Shown one piece after another: positions 40,250 to 50,996 of a DNA stretch of 64,000 nucleotides. Every line of letters starts with the position of its first letter. The stretch's first letter is position 1. Where the stretch lies: the NCBI RefSeq assembly GCF_006345805.1, contig NC_043001.1, positions 14,260,001-14,324,000 on the forward strand, read 5' to 3'. Made by a program: the position numbers and the translations under genes. The notes under the pieces are model-generated. The model searched no databases. It saw only the letters and a program-made list of their open reading frames with translations, and was not told the origin of the DNA. Source of the DNA: Octopus sinensis. Its lineage: Eukaryota.

Positions 40250-41233
40250 ATGTGTGTGTATGTGCTTGTGTATCTGCATTTGTCCCCCCCCCCAACATTG
40301 CTTAACAACTGATGCTGGTGTGCTTATGTTTTCATAACTTAGCAGTTCGGCAAAATAGACCAATAGAATAAGTTTTAGGCTTACAAAGAATAAGTCCTGA
40401 GATTGATTTGTTCAACTAAAGGCAGTGCTCCAGCATGGCCACAGTCAAATGACTGAAAAAAGTAAAAGAATCGGCACAAGGTCTGAAATTTGGCAGAAGG
40501 GGCTGGTCGATTACATTGACCCCAATATTTTTCTGGTACTTTATTTTATCAATCCTGAAAGGGTGAAAGCAAAGTTGACCCCCAGCAGAATTTGAACTCA
40601 GGACGTGAAACACTGAAAGAAATTCAGCTCAGCATTTTGCCCGACCTGCTAACGACTCTGCCATCTCACTGCCAAATAAAAAAAAAATTATAAAGACAAT
40701 GATGATGAAAATAAACAAAGAAAAAGCAAAACAAATATTAAAAAAATATTATTATTGTTCTTGTTGTTATTGCTGCCATCATCATCATCATCATAATCAT
40801 CATCATTGTATCTGGAATTTAAGATATTTGTCCTATTTTTTTTCCATGTCAACAGAGCTATTTCATAAGAAAGACCCACAAGGGAGTTAACTGTTGAAGT
40901 CATTTTCTTCTCTCTGTGTCTCTTACTCTGTCTCTCTCTATCTATCTCTATCTATATATCTATCTATCAAAACACCACTCTCACCGCCACCCCTACCCCC
41001 ACTGTTATATGAGAAAACAAATGTCAAATTCTTTCCATGGCCAATATCAAAAGCTGGCAGGGAGTCCATTCGAAATCACGCACCTTTCTTACTTTCTCAT
41101 CATTTCATGCCTTACTCCACATTACGTGACCTGGATCCACTACACCACACACACACACACACTTTTACTCTTTTACTTGTTTCAGTCATTTCACTATGGC
41201 CATGCTGGAGCACCGCCTTTATTTTATTTTATA

Positions 41234-41391
41234 GTTTCGGACTGAATCCTGGAAGTACTGCTATACCAGGCCAACCCATGGCAAAGGCGGAGCAAGCCCC
41301 TAACTCTTCGCCTCGTTCTAAAAATCAGTTCAATATCGATGGCCCCAAATAGGGACCGTATCAGATATTAAACATTGATCTTAGCCAAAAG
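41234..41391 (-). pseudogene. U2: U2 snRNA retrocopy, 5'-truncated, with internal deletion of the branch-point recognition sequence
   Basis: Minus strand CTTTTGGCTAAGATCAA-TGTTTAATATCTGATACG...ATTTTTAG (Sm-like)...GGGGCTTGCTCC...CCTGGTATAGCAGTACTTCCAGG matches metazoan U2; GTAGTATCTGTTCTTATCA is missing; A-rich tail follows. Confidence 0.92.
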
Positions 41392-41574
41392 CATCTAAAT
41401 CAGTCATGCTGGAGCATCACGTCCATAGGTTTATAGGTGGTGATAACAACCCCAGGACTTATTTTCACTCTTGTACAGCAGGTGTAGGCATGGCTGTGGG
41501 GCCAGGAATTTGTGTGTCTATGCATGTGTGAGTGAATCCTCATTTATTTATGACATTCTACATAGAAACTTATT

Positions 41575-41824
41575 TTATTTACATTATTTACATTTGACGA
41601 ATATTTGTCCTCATCTTGTTTGTTGTTAAGACAATGTTTTGGCTGATATACACTCCAGGTGTCTTGAGGAAATTTTGAACATGGATTCTCATTCCTAAGG
41701 TATTTATCAATATTATTATTATTATTAATAGGTATTTATTAAGGTATTTATCGATATAATTATTATTATCAATATAATTGATAATTAATTATATCAATTA
41801 TATTAATAATAATAATAATATCAA

Positions 41825-41868
<44 letters not shown>

Positions 41869-42150
41869 TCACAGCCTGGAATTGAACTCGGAATCTTGGG
41901 GTTAGTAACCCGCGCCATATGCTTGTAGGCAATAATGGAGTGAATTTTAAGGCTTATAAATCTAATATTTTCCTATATTTTAGGAATGAGAACCCAGGTT
42001 TGAAATTTTTCCAAGGCACCTGATGAAGGCTGGAGGGTATATCAGCCAAAACGCTGTGTTAACCACAAACAAGATGAGGACAAACATCCATCAAATGTAA
42101 ACAATGTAAATAATGTTCATAATTCCTCATCTCTTAAATACAGAACCGTA
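41575..42150. mobile_element. Family D locus 2, same architecture with the cassette on the minus strand
   Basis: Arms 41575-41700 (-) and 41979-42150 (+); tRNA-like cassette about 41865-41922 (-); CTGATGAAGGCTG..CAGCC at 42020-42047. Confidence 0.75.
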
Positions 42151-42161
42151 TAGAAACTTAC

Positions 42162-42263
42162 CTCCACCATGTTATGCACGTGTTTGTTTATCGTTTCAGC
42201 ATCTGGTGGACTTACTCCTGCAACCCAGTCAGCGAACACAACAGGCTTTGTAGGAGTAACTGG
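42162..42263 (-). CDS. RASGRP: RasGRP exon (102 nt, phase 0/0): PVTPTKPVVFADWVAGVSPPDAETINKHVHNMVE, CDC25-EF linker
   Basis: gtgttttgcag acceptor, GAG|gtaagt donor; absent from the ORF track. Confidence 0.94.
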
Positions 42264-42655
42264 CTGCAAAACACAAAACACATAGAAACACATAGAAAGA
42301 GAGATTTAGAGACATTTCAATGTTGGATGCAGCATCAGCAGCATTGTCATCATCGTTGTCATCGTGTCGTGCCGTCACCGTCATTTTGATGTCTGCTTTG
42401 CCATGCACACAAGGGTCTCATAACTGACAAAAAACTGATTAGATTTTGGGGTCGATTCGTTTCCGGACAAGGATTCTGGATTATTTTTCCTGTTTTTTTT
42501 TTACTTAATTTCTGAGAGCAATCAGGTTCATTTTTAGTATTCTCGTTTGTGAGAGCATTTGTATATTTCATATATTCTCATTTTAAAAACCATCTCTGTT
42601 CAATCGTTGAGAGGACGTTGGTGCAGCCTTGGCAGAGATTTGTGCTCTTGTTACT

Positions 42656-42690
<35 letters not shown>

Positions 42691-42696
42691 TATTTA

Positions 42697-43105
42697 GGTA
42701 GTGGGTAGCAATTTTCTTCACTACTTCAGTGAGTAAAGACCCTGCCTGACATGAGTCCCAGGCTCAGCTGGCTCCGGCTGACAGTACCCGGTATGGGCCC
42801 CTATCCAGGGTTACGGAAAGGAAACAACCTTCAAAGAAATCCGGAGTGGAGCCCCGTGGACGGTTTAATGTTCGACTCGACATTCTTCTGGCAGCTCCTG
42901 CAACCAAACTGGTGCCAAACATAATGCTCTGCACTTCTTTTGACTACGTCATCAAGGTCGAGAGAGGAATCCTGACGATTGGGCTACCTAGCCCAGTCCT
43001 GCGCAAAACTGGAGAGGAAACTGGAGAGGACATGAAATGTAAAAACCAGACTGGATTAGTTTCTGCACAACCCCATTGTCTCCCGAGACAAAAGGATGCC
43101 AACAA
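42697..43105 (+). mobile_element. Short non-autonomous RTE derivative, copy 2
   Basis: Same structure as 38641-39064. Confidence 0.7.
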
Positions 43106-43320
43106 TTATCTTTATTATTGTTATTGCATCTGTCTTTATTTTGGTATTAAAACTGAAAATATCGACTGCTTTTTTTTTTAAAGTTTGGACCTGGGTTTGC
43201 ACCTCCTGAGCAAATTTCGTTCCCATGTTTCTGCCTGAGAGCATCGACAACAGCAAAATAAGACAGAAGACAAGAAGAAGAAATGGCGAAAGTGAAAGAG
43301 GTTGATATAGAATGACTTAC

Positions 43321-43401
43321 TGCACTCAATGATGACCGAGGCTCCCGTGCGAGCGATAATTCATAGATATTATCTTCTGTATAATGCATATCAAGAGACA
43401 A
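43321..43401 (-). CDS. RASGRP: RasGRP exon (81 nt, phase 0/0): LSLDMHYTEDNIYELSLAREPRSSLSA, end of CDC25 domain
   Basis: gtgtttgcag acceptor, GCA|gtaagt donor; matches the RasGRP LSLD.YTED.IYELS.AREP motif. Confidence 0.96.
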
Positions 43402-43559
43402 CTGCAAACACAAAAAAAAAATATAGTAAATATGAGATAAATAAAGAAGAGAAAATTATTAAAGATGATAATCATTAACAACAACAACAACAACAGTAAA
43501 GATCAGTTTAAAAAGCATTTCGATGTCCAATAATTTTAAATCCAGGTTTGTCCCCGTTA

Positions 43560-44460
43560 ACGGAGGTGGCCAGATCTGCCTCACTCTTACACCAACAGCT
43601 CTCGCACCATCTCGCCCAGTTTTGGGTGCCCTCCCTCTTCTTCAAGTCAACCCTCCCAATCTCCTCCTCCATCTGTCCCCTTCACGTTTTCTTTGGTCAC
43701 CCTTGCTTTCGCGGTTAATTCACTTTAAACTCAAGCACTCTCCCCAGAACATGATCCTGGTCCCTCCTCGACACATGTCCATACCTATTTCTTTCCTACC
43801 CACAAGGGGCTAAACACAGAGGGGACAAACAAGGACAGACAAACGGATTAAGTCGATTATATAGACCCCAGTGCGTAACTGGGACTTAATTTATCGACCC
43901 CAAAAGGATGAAGGGCAAAGTGGACCTCGGCGGAATTTGAACTCAGAACATAAAGACAGGGGAAATACCTATTTCTTTACTACCCACAAGGGGCTAAACA
44001 CAGAGAGGACAAACAAGGACAGACAAATGGATTAAGTCGATTATATCGACCCAGTGTGTAACTGGTACTTAATTTATTGACCCCGAAACAATGAAGGGCA
44101 AAGTCGATCTTGGCTGAATTTGAACTCAGAACGTAATGGCAGACAAAATACCTATTTCTTTACTACCCACAAGGGGCTAAACAGAGGGAACAAACAAGGA
44201 CAGAAAAACGGATTAAGTCAATTACATTGACCCCGAAAGGATGAAAGGCAAAGTCGACCTCGGCGGAATTTGAACTCAGAACGTAAAGACAGACGAAATA
44301 CCGCTAAGCATTTTGCCCGGTGTGCTAATGATTCTCCCAACTCGCCGCCTTATGGACACATGTCCATAGCACCACACTCCATTAGCCCTTGCCAGCTGTT
44401 CCACCGATTTCTCTAACCCCAGCATCCCCATCAAGTCCTCAGCCCACCTTTCATCCATTT
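43560..44460 (-). mobile_element. RTE-clade LINE C-terminal fragment split by a family B array
   Basis: MLGLEKSVEQLARANGVWCYGHVS continues after the insertion as RRDQDHVLGRVLEFKV...PKKTWRGQMEEEI; 14-bp TSD GACACATGTCCATA. Confidence 0.75.
43784..44354 (-). mobile_element. Family B multimer (head plus about three units)
   Basis: TSD GACACATGTCCATA (43770-43783 / 44355-44368). Confidence 0.9.
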
Positions 44461-44681
44461 GTTTTTGGTGTTATTGTTATTATGCAGACAGTGACTTCGA
44501 AGTTTCAGCCTGTTAGCCTTCATTGAACTGCTCTACATTTGTGTTTCTTTTGGGTTTTATATAATCTTTGGTAAGTTGCTTTTCTGCAGAAAGTGGAGCT
44601 ATGTGAAATGATAATTTGGCTTCTTGGACACACATTAGGGGAACAGATGTATAAAAAAGGGGATAGAAAAGGATAAAAGGT

Positions 44682-45102
44682 AATATATTTCTTTCTTGCT
44701 CACAAGGGGCTAAACATAGAGGGGACAAACAAGGACAGACAAAGGGATTAAGTTGATTACATCAACCCCAGTGCGAAACTGGTACTTTATTTATTGACCC
44801 CGAAAGGATGAAAGGCAAAGTCGACCACGGCGGGATTTGAACTCAGAAAGTAACGACAAACAAAATACCTATTTCTTTATTACCCACAAGGGGCTAAACA
44901 TAGAGGGGACAAACAAGGACAGATATAGGTATTAAGTCGATTACATCGACCCCAGGGCAAAACTGGTACTTTATTTATTGAACCCGAAAGGATGAAAGGC
45001 AAAGTCAACCGTAGTAGAACTTGAACTCAGAAACTAACAACAAACAAAATACCGCTAAGTATTACGCCCAGCGCACTAACATGTCTGCCAGCTCACCACC
45101 TT
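44682..45102 (-). mobile_element. Family B dimer
   Basis: TSD AAAGGATAAAAGGT (44668-44681 / 45103-45116). Confidence 0.85.
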
Positions 45103-46502
45103 AAAGGATAAAAGGTTATAGGGATATAAGGGTGTTTGGGTGTTAATGTGTCTAATCAATCATCTATTTTTTTAGGTTAGAGGCTAAGTTTTGATCATTG
45201 AATGAAAAGTGAATACACACACACACATATAATACATCAATTCCTGTAAGATTATATGTGCTTTACGTATTTAATGCTTTCATGCAACCATTTTCAAAAT
45301 CAAAAACAGGAATATGAAATTATCAACCAAGCCATATAAGTTTACCATAATTAGCAAAAATATTTATTTTCATCCATTTCATAAAAACCGTTTCTTTCAA
45401 TATATTTCTTAAATGACGGAAGGAAATTAAAATGTGTATGGGAATTAAGGCAAAGTATGAAAACGGTTTATAATTTCGAAATGTCATTAATTCCAGGCTT
45501 CATTTTCAGAGAACCAATATGAAAATCAACTTTAAATGGTCATTGGATAAATTTATCTCAGAACAGAAGTTTTGTTCTTAAGAAATTTTAAAGAAATTTG
45601 CTCACACAAATACATGGTACTAAGTGCTGAAAGAAAAGCCCGAATAAAATTTTTCAAATGAGGAAATATTTTAGTTAAGACACCCGTGCCGGTGACACGT
45701 AAAAAGCACCGTCCGAACATGGCAGATGCCAGCGCCGCCTGACTGGCATCTGTGTCGGTGATACGTAAAAGCACCAACCGATCGTAGCCGTTTGCCAGCC
45801 TGCTCTGGCCCCTGTGCCGGAGGCACGTAAAAAGCACCCACTACACTCACGTAGTGGTTGACGTTAGGAAGGGCATCCAGCTGTAGAAACTCTGTAGAAA
45901 TTAGACTAGAGTGAGCCTGGTGCAGCCTCCATAGCTTACCAGACCCCGGTCGAACCGTCCAACCCATGCCAGCATGGAAAGCGGACGTTAAATGATGATG
46001 ATGATGATGATGAAAAAACATATAAAAGATGATTAAATTTGCTTTCTTATGCATGTTTTTTAATATGATGTTTGATTGGCAGGTTATCAGTTCTAACCGA
46101 AATTCATGTGGGAGTTCTACACAGCTAAAGTTTAATGAATTCAGGAAAAACCTGATTTCTTCCACTTTGGCATCACCGTTATTGGAAAAGTGCTCTTGAG
46201 AAACAACTCTCCTCAATTCAGAAATGAATTATTTCTTTCACAAATGAAGAAGAAAAGATTCATTCCACTTTCTCGACGAAATTCCTCAAAACATGGGAAA
46301 CGAGCCAAATTATTAATCTTTACCTGGGCTTCAAGTAACGAATCTTCTACCTTGAATACCTTGATGCGTGTGAATAGATCACAGATCAAATTGTTTCTTG
46401 ACGCCCCCCCCTCACCTCCTTGCAATTTTAGATTAAATTGGTTCATGTGACCAAGCCTGTCAAATCCATAGAAATGTTAATCTCTACAGCTTGTCACCAT
46501 TT

Positions 46503-46544
46503 GAGGAGGAGGAGGAGAAGAAGAAGAAGAAGAAGGAGAAGGAG

Positions 46545-46620
<76 letters not shown>

Positions 46621-46661
46621 AGAAGAAGAAGAAGAAGAAGAAGAAGAAGAAGAAGAAGAAG

Positions 46662-46694
<33 letters not shown>

Positions 46695-46716
46695 AGAAGA
46701 AGAAGAAGAAGAAGAA
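46503..46716. repeat. (GAG)n-(GAA)n polypurine tract with three GTA interruptions
   Basis: Direct reading. Confidence 0.97.
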
Positions 46717-47019
46717 ATGGCAGCAGTTCTGGTTGGTTCTTCTCTCTTAGAAATATTTCAATTTCATTTCTAATATAAAACACTTTTAATAGGACCATTC
46801 CACAATTCAGCCATCAAACTGAAGTGTGATATAAGACAAGTCCTGAAACACAAAATCAATATCTGCTGAAGATCATGATGATTAATTAGGAATGTGGCAG
46901 TAAATGAAATTCCCAGCTAAGACAATGGGGTCTCATGACACACGGCATAGCAACATAGCAGCCAAATATGTGGGACATAAGGTTTGTCCCTGTATAAATA
47001 CAGTAAGGAAACATAGACT

Positions 47020-47815
47020 GTTCCGTCTGGGGAGAGTCATTTCCTTTTTGTGCCTTATAATGTAACACACTCACCGGTGAAATTTCCACTTAAAAAGCAC
47101 CATCCGTTCGTGGCTGTTGCCAGCCTTGCCTGGCACGTAAAAAGCACCATCCGATCGTGGCCGTTGCCAGTCTCGCCTGGCCCCCGTGCCGGTGGCACGT
47201 AAAAAGCACCATCCGTTCGTGGCCGTTGCCAGCCTCGCCTGGACCCTGTGCCGGTGGCACGTAAAAAGCACCATCCGTCCGTGGCCGTTTGCCAGCCTCG
47301 CTTGGCCCCCGTGCCGGTGGCACGTAAAATGCACCATCCGTCCGTGGCTGTTTGCCAGCCTTGTCTGGCACCTGTGCGGGTGGCACGTAAAAAGCACCCA
47401 CTACACTCACGGAGTGGTTGGCGTTAGGAAGGCATCCAGCCATAGAAACACTGCCAGATCAGACTGGGCCTGATGCAGCCTTCTGGCTTCACAGACCCCA
47501 GTTGAACCGTCCAACCCATGCTAGCATGGAAAGCGGACGCTAAATGATGATGATGATGATTTTCCTAAAATTTTCGTTGCATCTTGCAACCTTTTCAATA
47601 GTCTTGAAAATAACGGACAGAGTCAAGACTATTGAAAAGGTTGCAAGACGCAACGAAAACTTTAGGAAAATAAAAATAAGAAAAAAGTGGAAATTTTACC
47701 GGTGAGTGTGTTACATTATAAGGCACAAAAAGAAAATGACTCTCCTCAGACACAACAGAATATGCTTCAACACACGAACTCATATAAAGAATCTTGCAAA
47801 CCAAATCCAAAAACA
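47020..47815. mobile_element. Long palindromic (foldback/MITE-like) repeat with a family C insertion in its left arm; other pieces at about 8950-9030, 14530-14747, 18345-18545
   Basis: 48-bp arms (2 mismatches) around a 15-nt loop at 47560-47670; left arm resumes at 47020-47090. Confidence 0.7.
47092..47559 (+). mobile_element. Family C element (RTE 3' UTR-like, (GAT)n tail) with about five 60-bp internal units; many other copies, e.g. 7228-7670, 13195-13445, 19515-19875, 45675-46012 (+), 33258-33620, 49050-49500 (-)
   Basis: GGCACGTAAAAAGCACC units then CACTACACTC..GGAGTGGTTGGCGTTAGGAAGG..AACCCATGCTAGCATGGAAAGCGGACG-(GAT)n; directly follows an RTE ORF end at 2930-3360. Confidence 0.8.
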
Positions 47816-48068
47816 AAATAATCACCTAATTTGTTTTTTTTTTAAATGTTCTACAAAAAAGGTGCAGGAGTGGCTATGTGGCAAGTAACTTGCTTACCAA
47901 CCACATGGTTCCGGGTTCATTCCCACTGCGTGGCACCTTGAAGCAAGTGTCTTCTACTATAGCTTCAGGTCAGCCAAAGCCTTGTGAGTGGATTTGGTAG
48001 ACGGAAACTGAAAGAAGCTCGACGTATATATGTATGTATATATATATATATATATGTATGTATATATA

Positions 48069-48099
<31 letters not shown>

Positions 48100-48799
48100 G
48101 TGTGTATACGTTTGTGTGTCTGTGTTTGTCCCCCGACATAACTTGACAACCGATGCTGGTGTGTTTACATCCCTGTAACTTAGTGGTTTGGCAAAAGAGA
48201 CCGTTTGTAAGCATAAGTACTGGGCTTACAAAGAATAAGTCCTGGGGTCCATTTGTTCGACTAAAGGCGATGCTCCAGCATGGCCACAGTCAAATGACTG
48301 AAGCAAGTAAAAGAGTAAAAGAGTAAAAAAACTATTTTCCTTAAATAAATTTTATTTTAACGTTATAATGTCTCCGCCCTGCCTAAAGCGGAAAAGAACT
48401 AACATCCTGTTTACAGTTTTAGAAAATGACATTTAAAAAAAAGGAAAGTTTAAAGCGAAACTTAGAAAGGTTTGCATCTTTTCAGAATGGAAATTTTTTT
48501 TTAATGTGTATAATTCTACCATTTGCCAGAATTTTCTCTGACACTCACCTAATTCTACTATCAACTTCTTTCTTACAATGCATATTTCTAACCTAAGGTC
48601 GACATCACAAATTTATGATGGAGTGAAAGAAAAATATAGGTTAGTAAATTACTTAATTGATCCCCAGGTCTTAATTAGAATTTATCATTCAAACCCTGAA
48701 ACAATTTTAAATTCAGAATGTTTTGAAGTCATAATGAAAAGGAACCACAAGGCATTTCTGCCATTTCTGAACCATTTCTGCCTCTTTCATGTAATCATA

Positions 48800-49050
48800 T
48801 CTGGTATTAAGGAAGGATAAGAAAATATTAGATTTATAAGCCCTAAAATTCACTCCATAATTGCCCATGTAGTGGTTAAGAGTGTGGGCTACTAACCCCA
48901 AGATTTCGAGTTCGATTCCAGACAGGGACCTAGATAATAATAATAATAACCCAGGTTCGAAATTTCCCCAAGATTTCCAGCATTGATGAAGGCTGGAGGG
49001 TATATCAACCTCAAGATGAGGACAAATATCCGCTGAATGTAAATAATGTA
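48800..49050 (+). mobile_element. Family D locus 3: cassette plus degenerate direct arm only
   Basis: TAGTGGTTAAGAGTGTGGGCTACTAACCCCAAGATTTCGAGTTCGATTCC, short (AAT)n, then TTGATGAAGGCTGGAGGGTATATCAACC. Confidence 0.7.
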
Positions 49051-49800
49051 TCATCATTTAATGTCCGTTTTCCATGCTGGTATGGGTTGGACAGTTTGAC
49101 TGAGGTCTGGAGTCTGCACCAGACTCCAATCTGATCTAGCAATGTTCCTACAGTTTCATGCCCTTCCTAACGCCAACCACTCTGAGAGTGTAGTGGGTGC
49201 TTTTTACATGCCTCTGGCACATGAGCCCATCATGCAGGCCTGGCATCAATCACATTCAGATGGTGCTTTTTATGTGCCACCAGCTCAGAAGCCAGTCAGG
49301 GGGCACTGGTCACAACTACGGTATTGGTTTTGCTTGACTCAACATGTGTTCTCAAGCATATCATATCACCTGACGCATCAGGGATATTCTTAACAGGGCC
49401 AGACATTCGTGGCTGCAATCTCACTTTAGTTGCCGGGTCTTCTCAATCACAGCACATCTCCAAAGGTCTCGGTCTCCTGTCATTGCCTTTGTGAGGCCCA
49501 TTTCAAACATACTGAATTCAAATCAAGAACTTGTTTCCTCTTAGAATTTACCAAGTATCTTTATGTGTTTTTTTTTTTTTTGCCATCTGAAAAGTACCGT
49601 ATTATTCATGCATAAGTTGCCTCTCCAATTTAATATTAAATCTTGGTATAAGATTTTTCCCTTCATTTTCAAACTTTGCCTCATCTACAAATCACACACC
49701 AATTTTATTTCAGTTAAAAAGAAGTATAAAATCATAGAACTTATACACTGGCAAATGCTGTAATATTTCTTTGAGTATTGAGATTTTTTTTAGACTGGAT

Positions 49801-50212
49801 TACTCTTCTACTCCTTTTTACTCTTCTACTTGTTTCAGTCATTCGACTGCGGCCATGCTGGAGCACCGCCTTTAGTCGAGCAAATCGACCCCAGGACTTA
49901 TTCTTTGTAAGCCTAGTACTTATTCTATCGGTCTCTTTTGCCGAACTGGTAAGTTACGGGGACGTAAACACACCAGCATCGGCTGTCAAGTGATGTTGGG
50001 GGACAAACACAGACACACAAACAAACACACAAACAGATATATACATATATACGACGGGCTTCTTTCAGTTTCCATCTACCAAATCCCCTCCCAAGGCTTT
50101 GGTCAGCCCAAGGCTATAGTAAAAGACACTTGCCCAAAGTGCCACGCGGTGGGACTGAACCCGGAGCCATGTGGTTGGTAAGCAAGCTACTTACCACACA
50201 GCCACTCCGGCG
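49801..50212 (-). mobile_element. Family A SINE, full length, minus strand; other - copies at about 1-270, 55190-55597, 63720-64000
   Basis: Reverse complement of the family A consensus. Confidence 0.9.
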
Positions 50213-50462
50213 CTGGATTATCTATAAATGCACAACAAAGTCATTTCCTTTGGATGTTGCACAAATTAATTGATTTAATTAATACAATTAGTTAATTATT
50301 TCTAAACGGTTGAAACCTATACATACAGAGATCATTGGCAGCTTTGCCATTTTGTTATTGCAACAGCATTCTGTCGAACAAACAAGCGAGTGGAAGTGTA
50401 CAGCTGTACATGTACATATTTTTCTATTTTATTTCTTTCTTGGTTCTATTACGGGTGTCAAA

Positions 50463-50600
50463 CCATGAATAGAAAACGTGAAAACGATCCGGTCAGGTTT
50501 TGTTACATTTGCAACAAGGTAACGATGTCTGATCAGCATTCTAAAATTACTCGGTTCGTAAAATCATGTTACCATGATTACTATTTTGGAATCAGACGGA
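50463..50600 (+). mobile_element. N-terminal remnant of a DNA-transposon transposase (superfamily not assigned)
   Basis: MNRKRENDPVRFCYICNKVT...ITRFVKSCYHDYYFGI resembles the N.P..FCYIC...IT..VK..Y..YFG start of a widespread transposase family; recognised from memory only. Confidence 0.5.
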
Positions 50601-50996
50601 GAGAGAGAGATCGAGATAAACATTTTTTACTCTTCAGATATGTTCTAGAATACGAGTTGAATGCTTAAAACAATGGAATAAAGCTAACATGAAATTTCTA
50701 TCTTTCGGTGATAGAATAAAAGAATAAAAGAATAAAAGAATCATATAACAGATGGTTATTTTTGTATGACTCACCCAGAAAATCAGTTTATATTTTAAAA
50801 ATGCTAAAAATAAATTGCTGTTCTATTTTACGACCATTGAAGTGTAGTTTATATTTGAAGTATTCTTTAAAGCAAAGATTTTAATGCAGAATTTTTGGTA
50901 GCAATAAAACTAAAGGAATATTTAACCATTATGAAATTTACAGATGCAGGAGAAAAAAAACAAGTAGCACTCTGTCAGTTATGAAGATAAGGGTTC

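Noticed and set aside
41745-41810. AT-rich 20-bp-arm palindrome inside family D locus 2
   Set aside because: Low-complexity (AAT/ATT) context makes it likely slippage-derived; absent from the other two copies.
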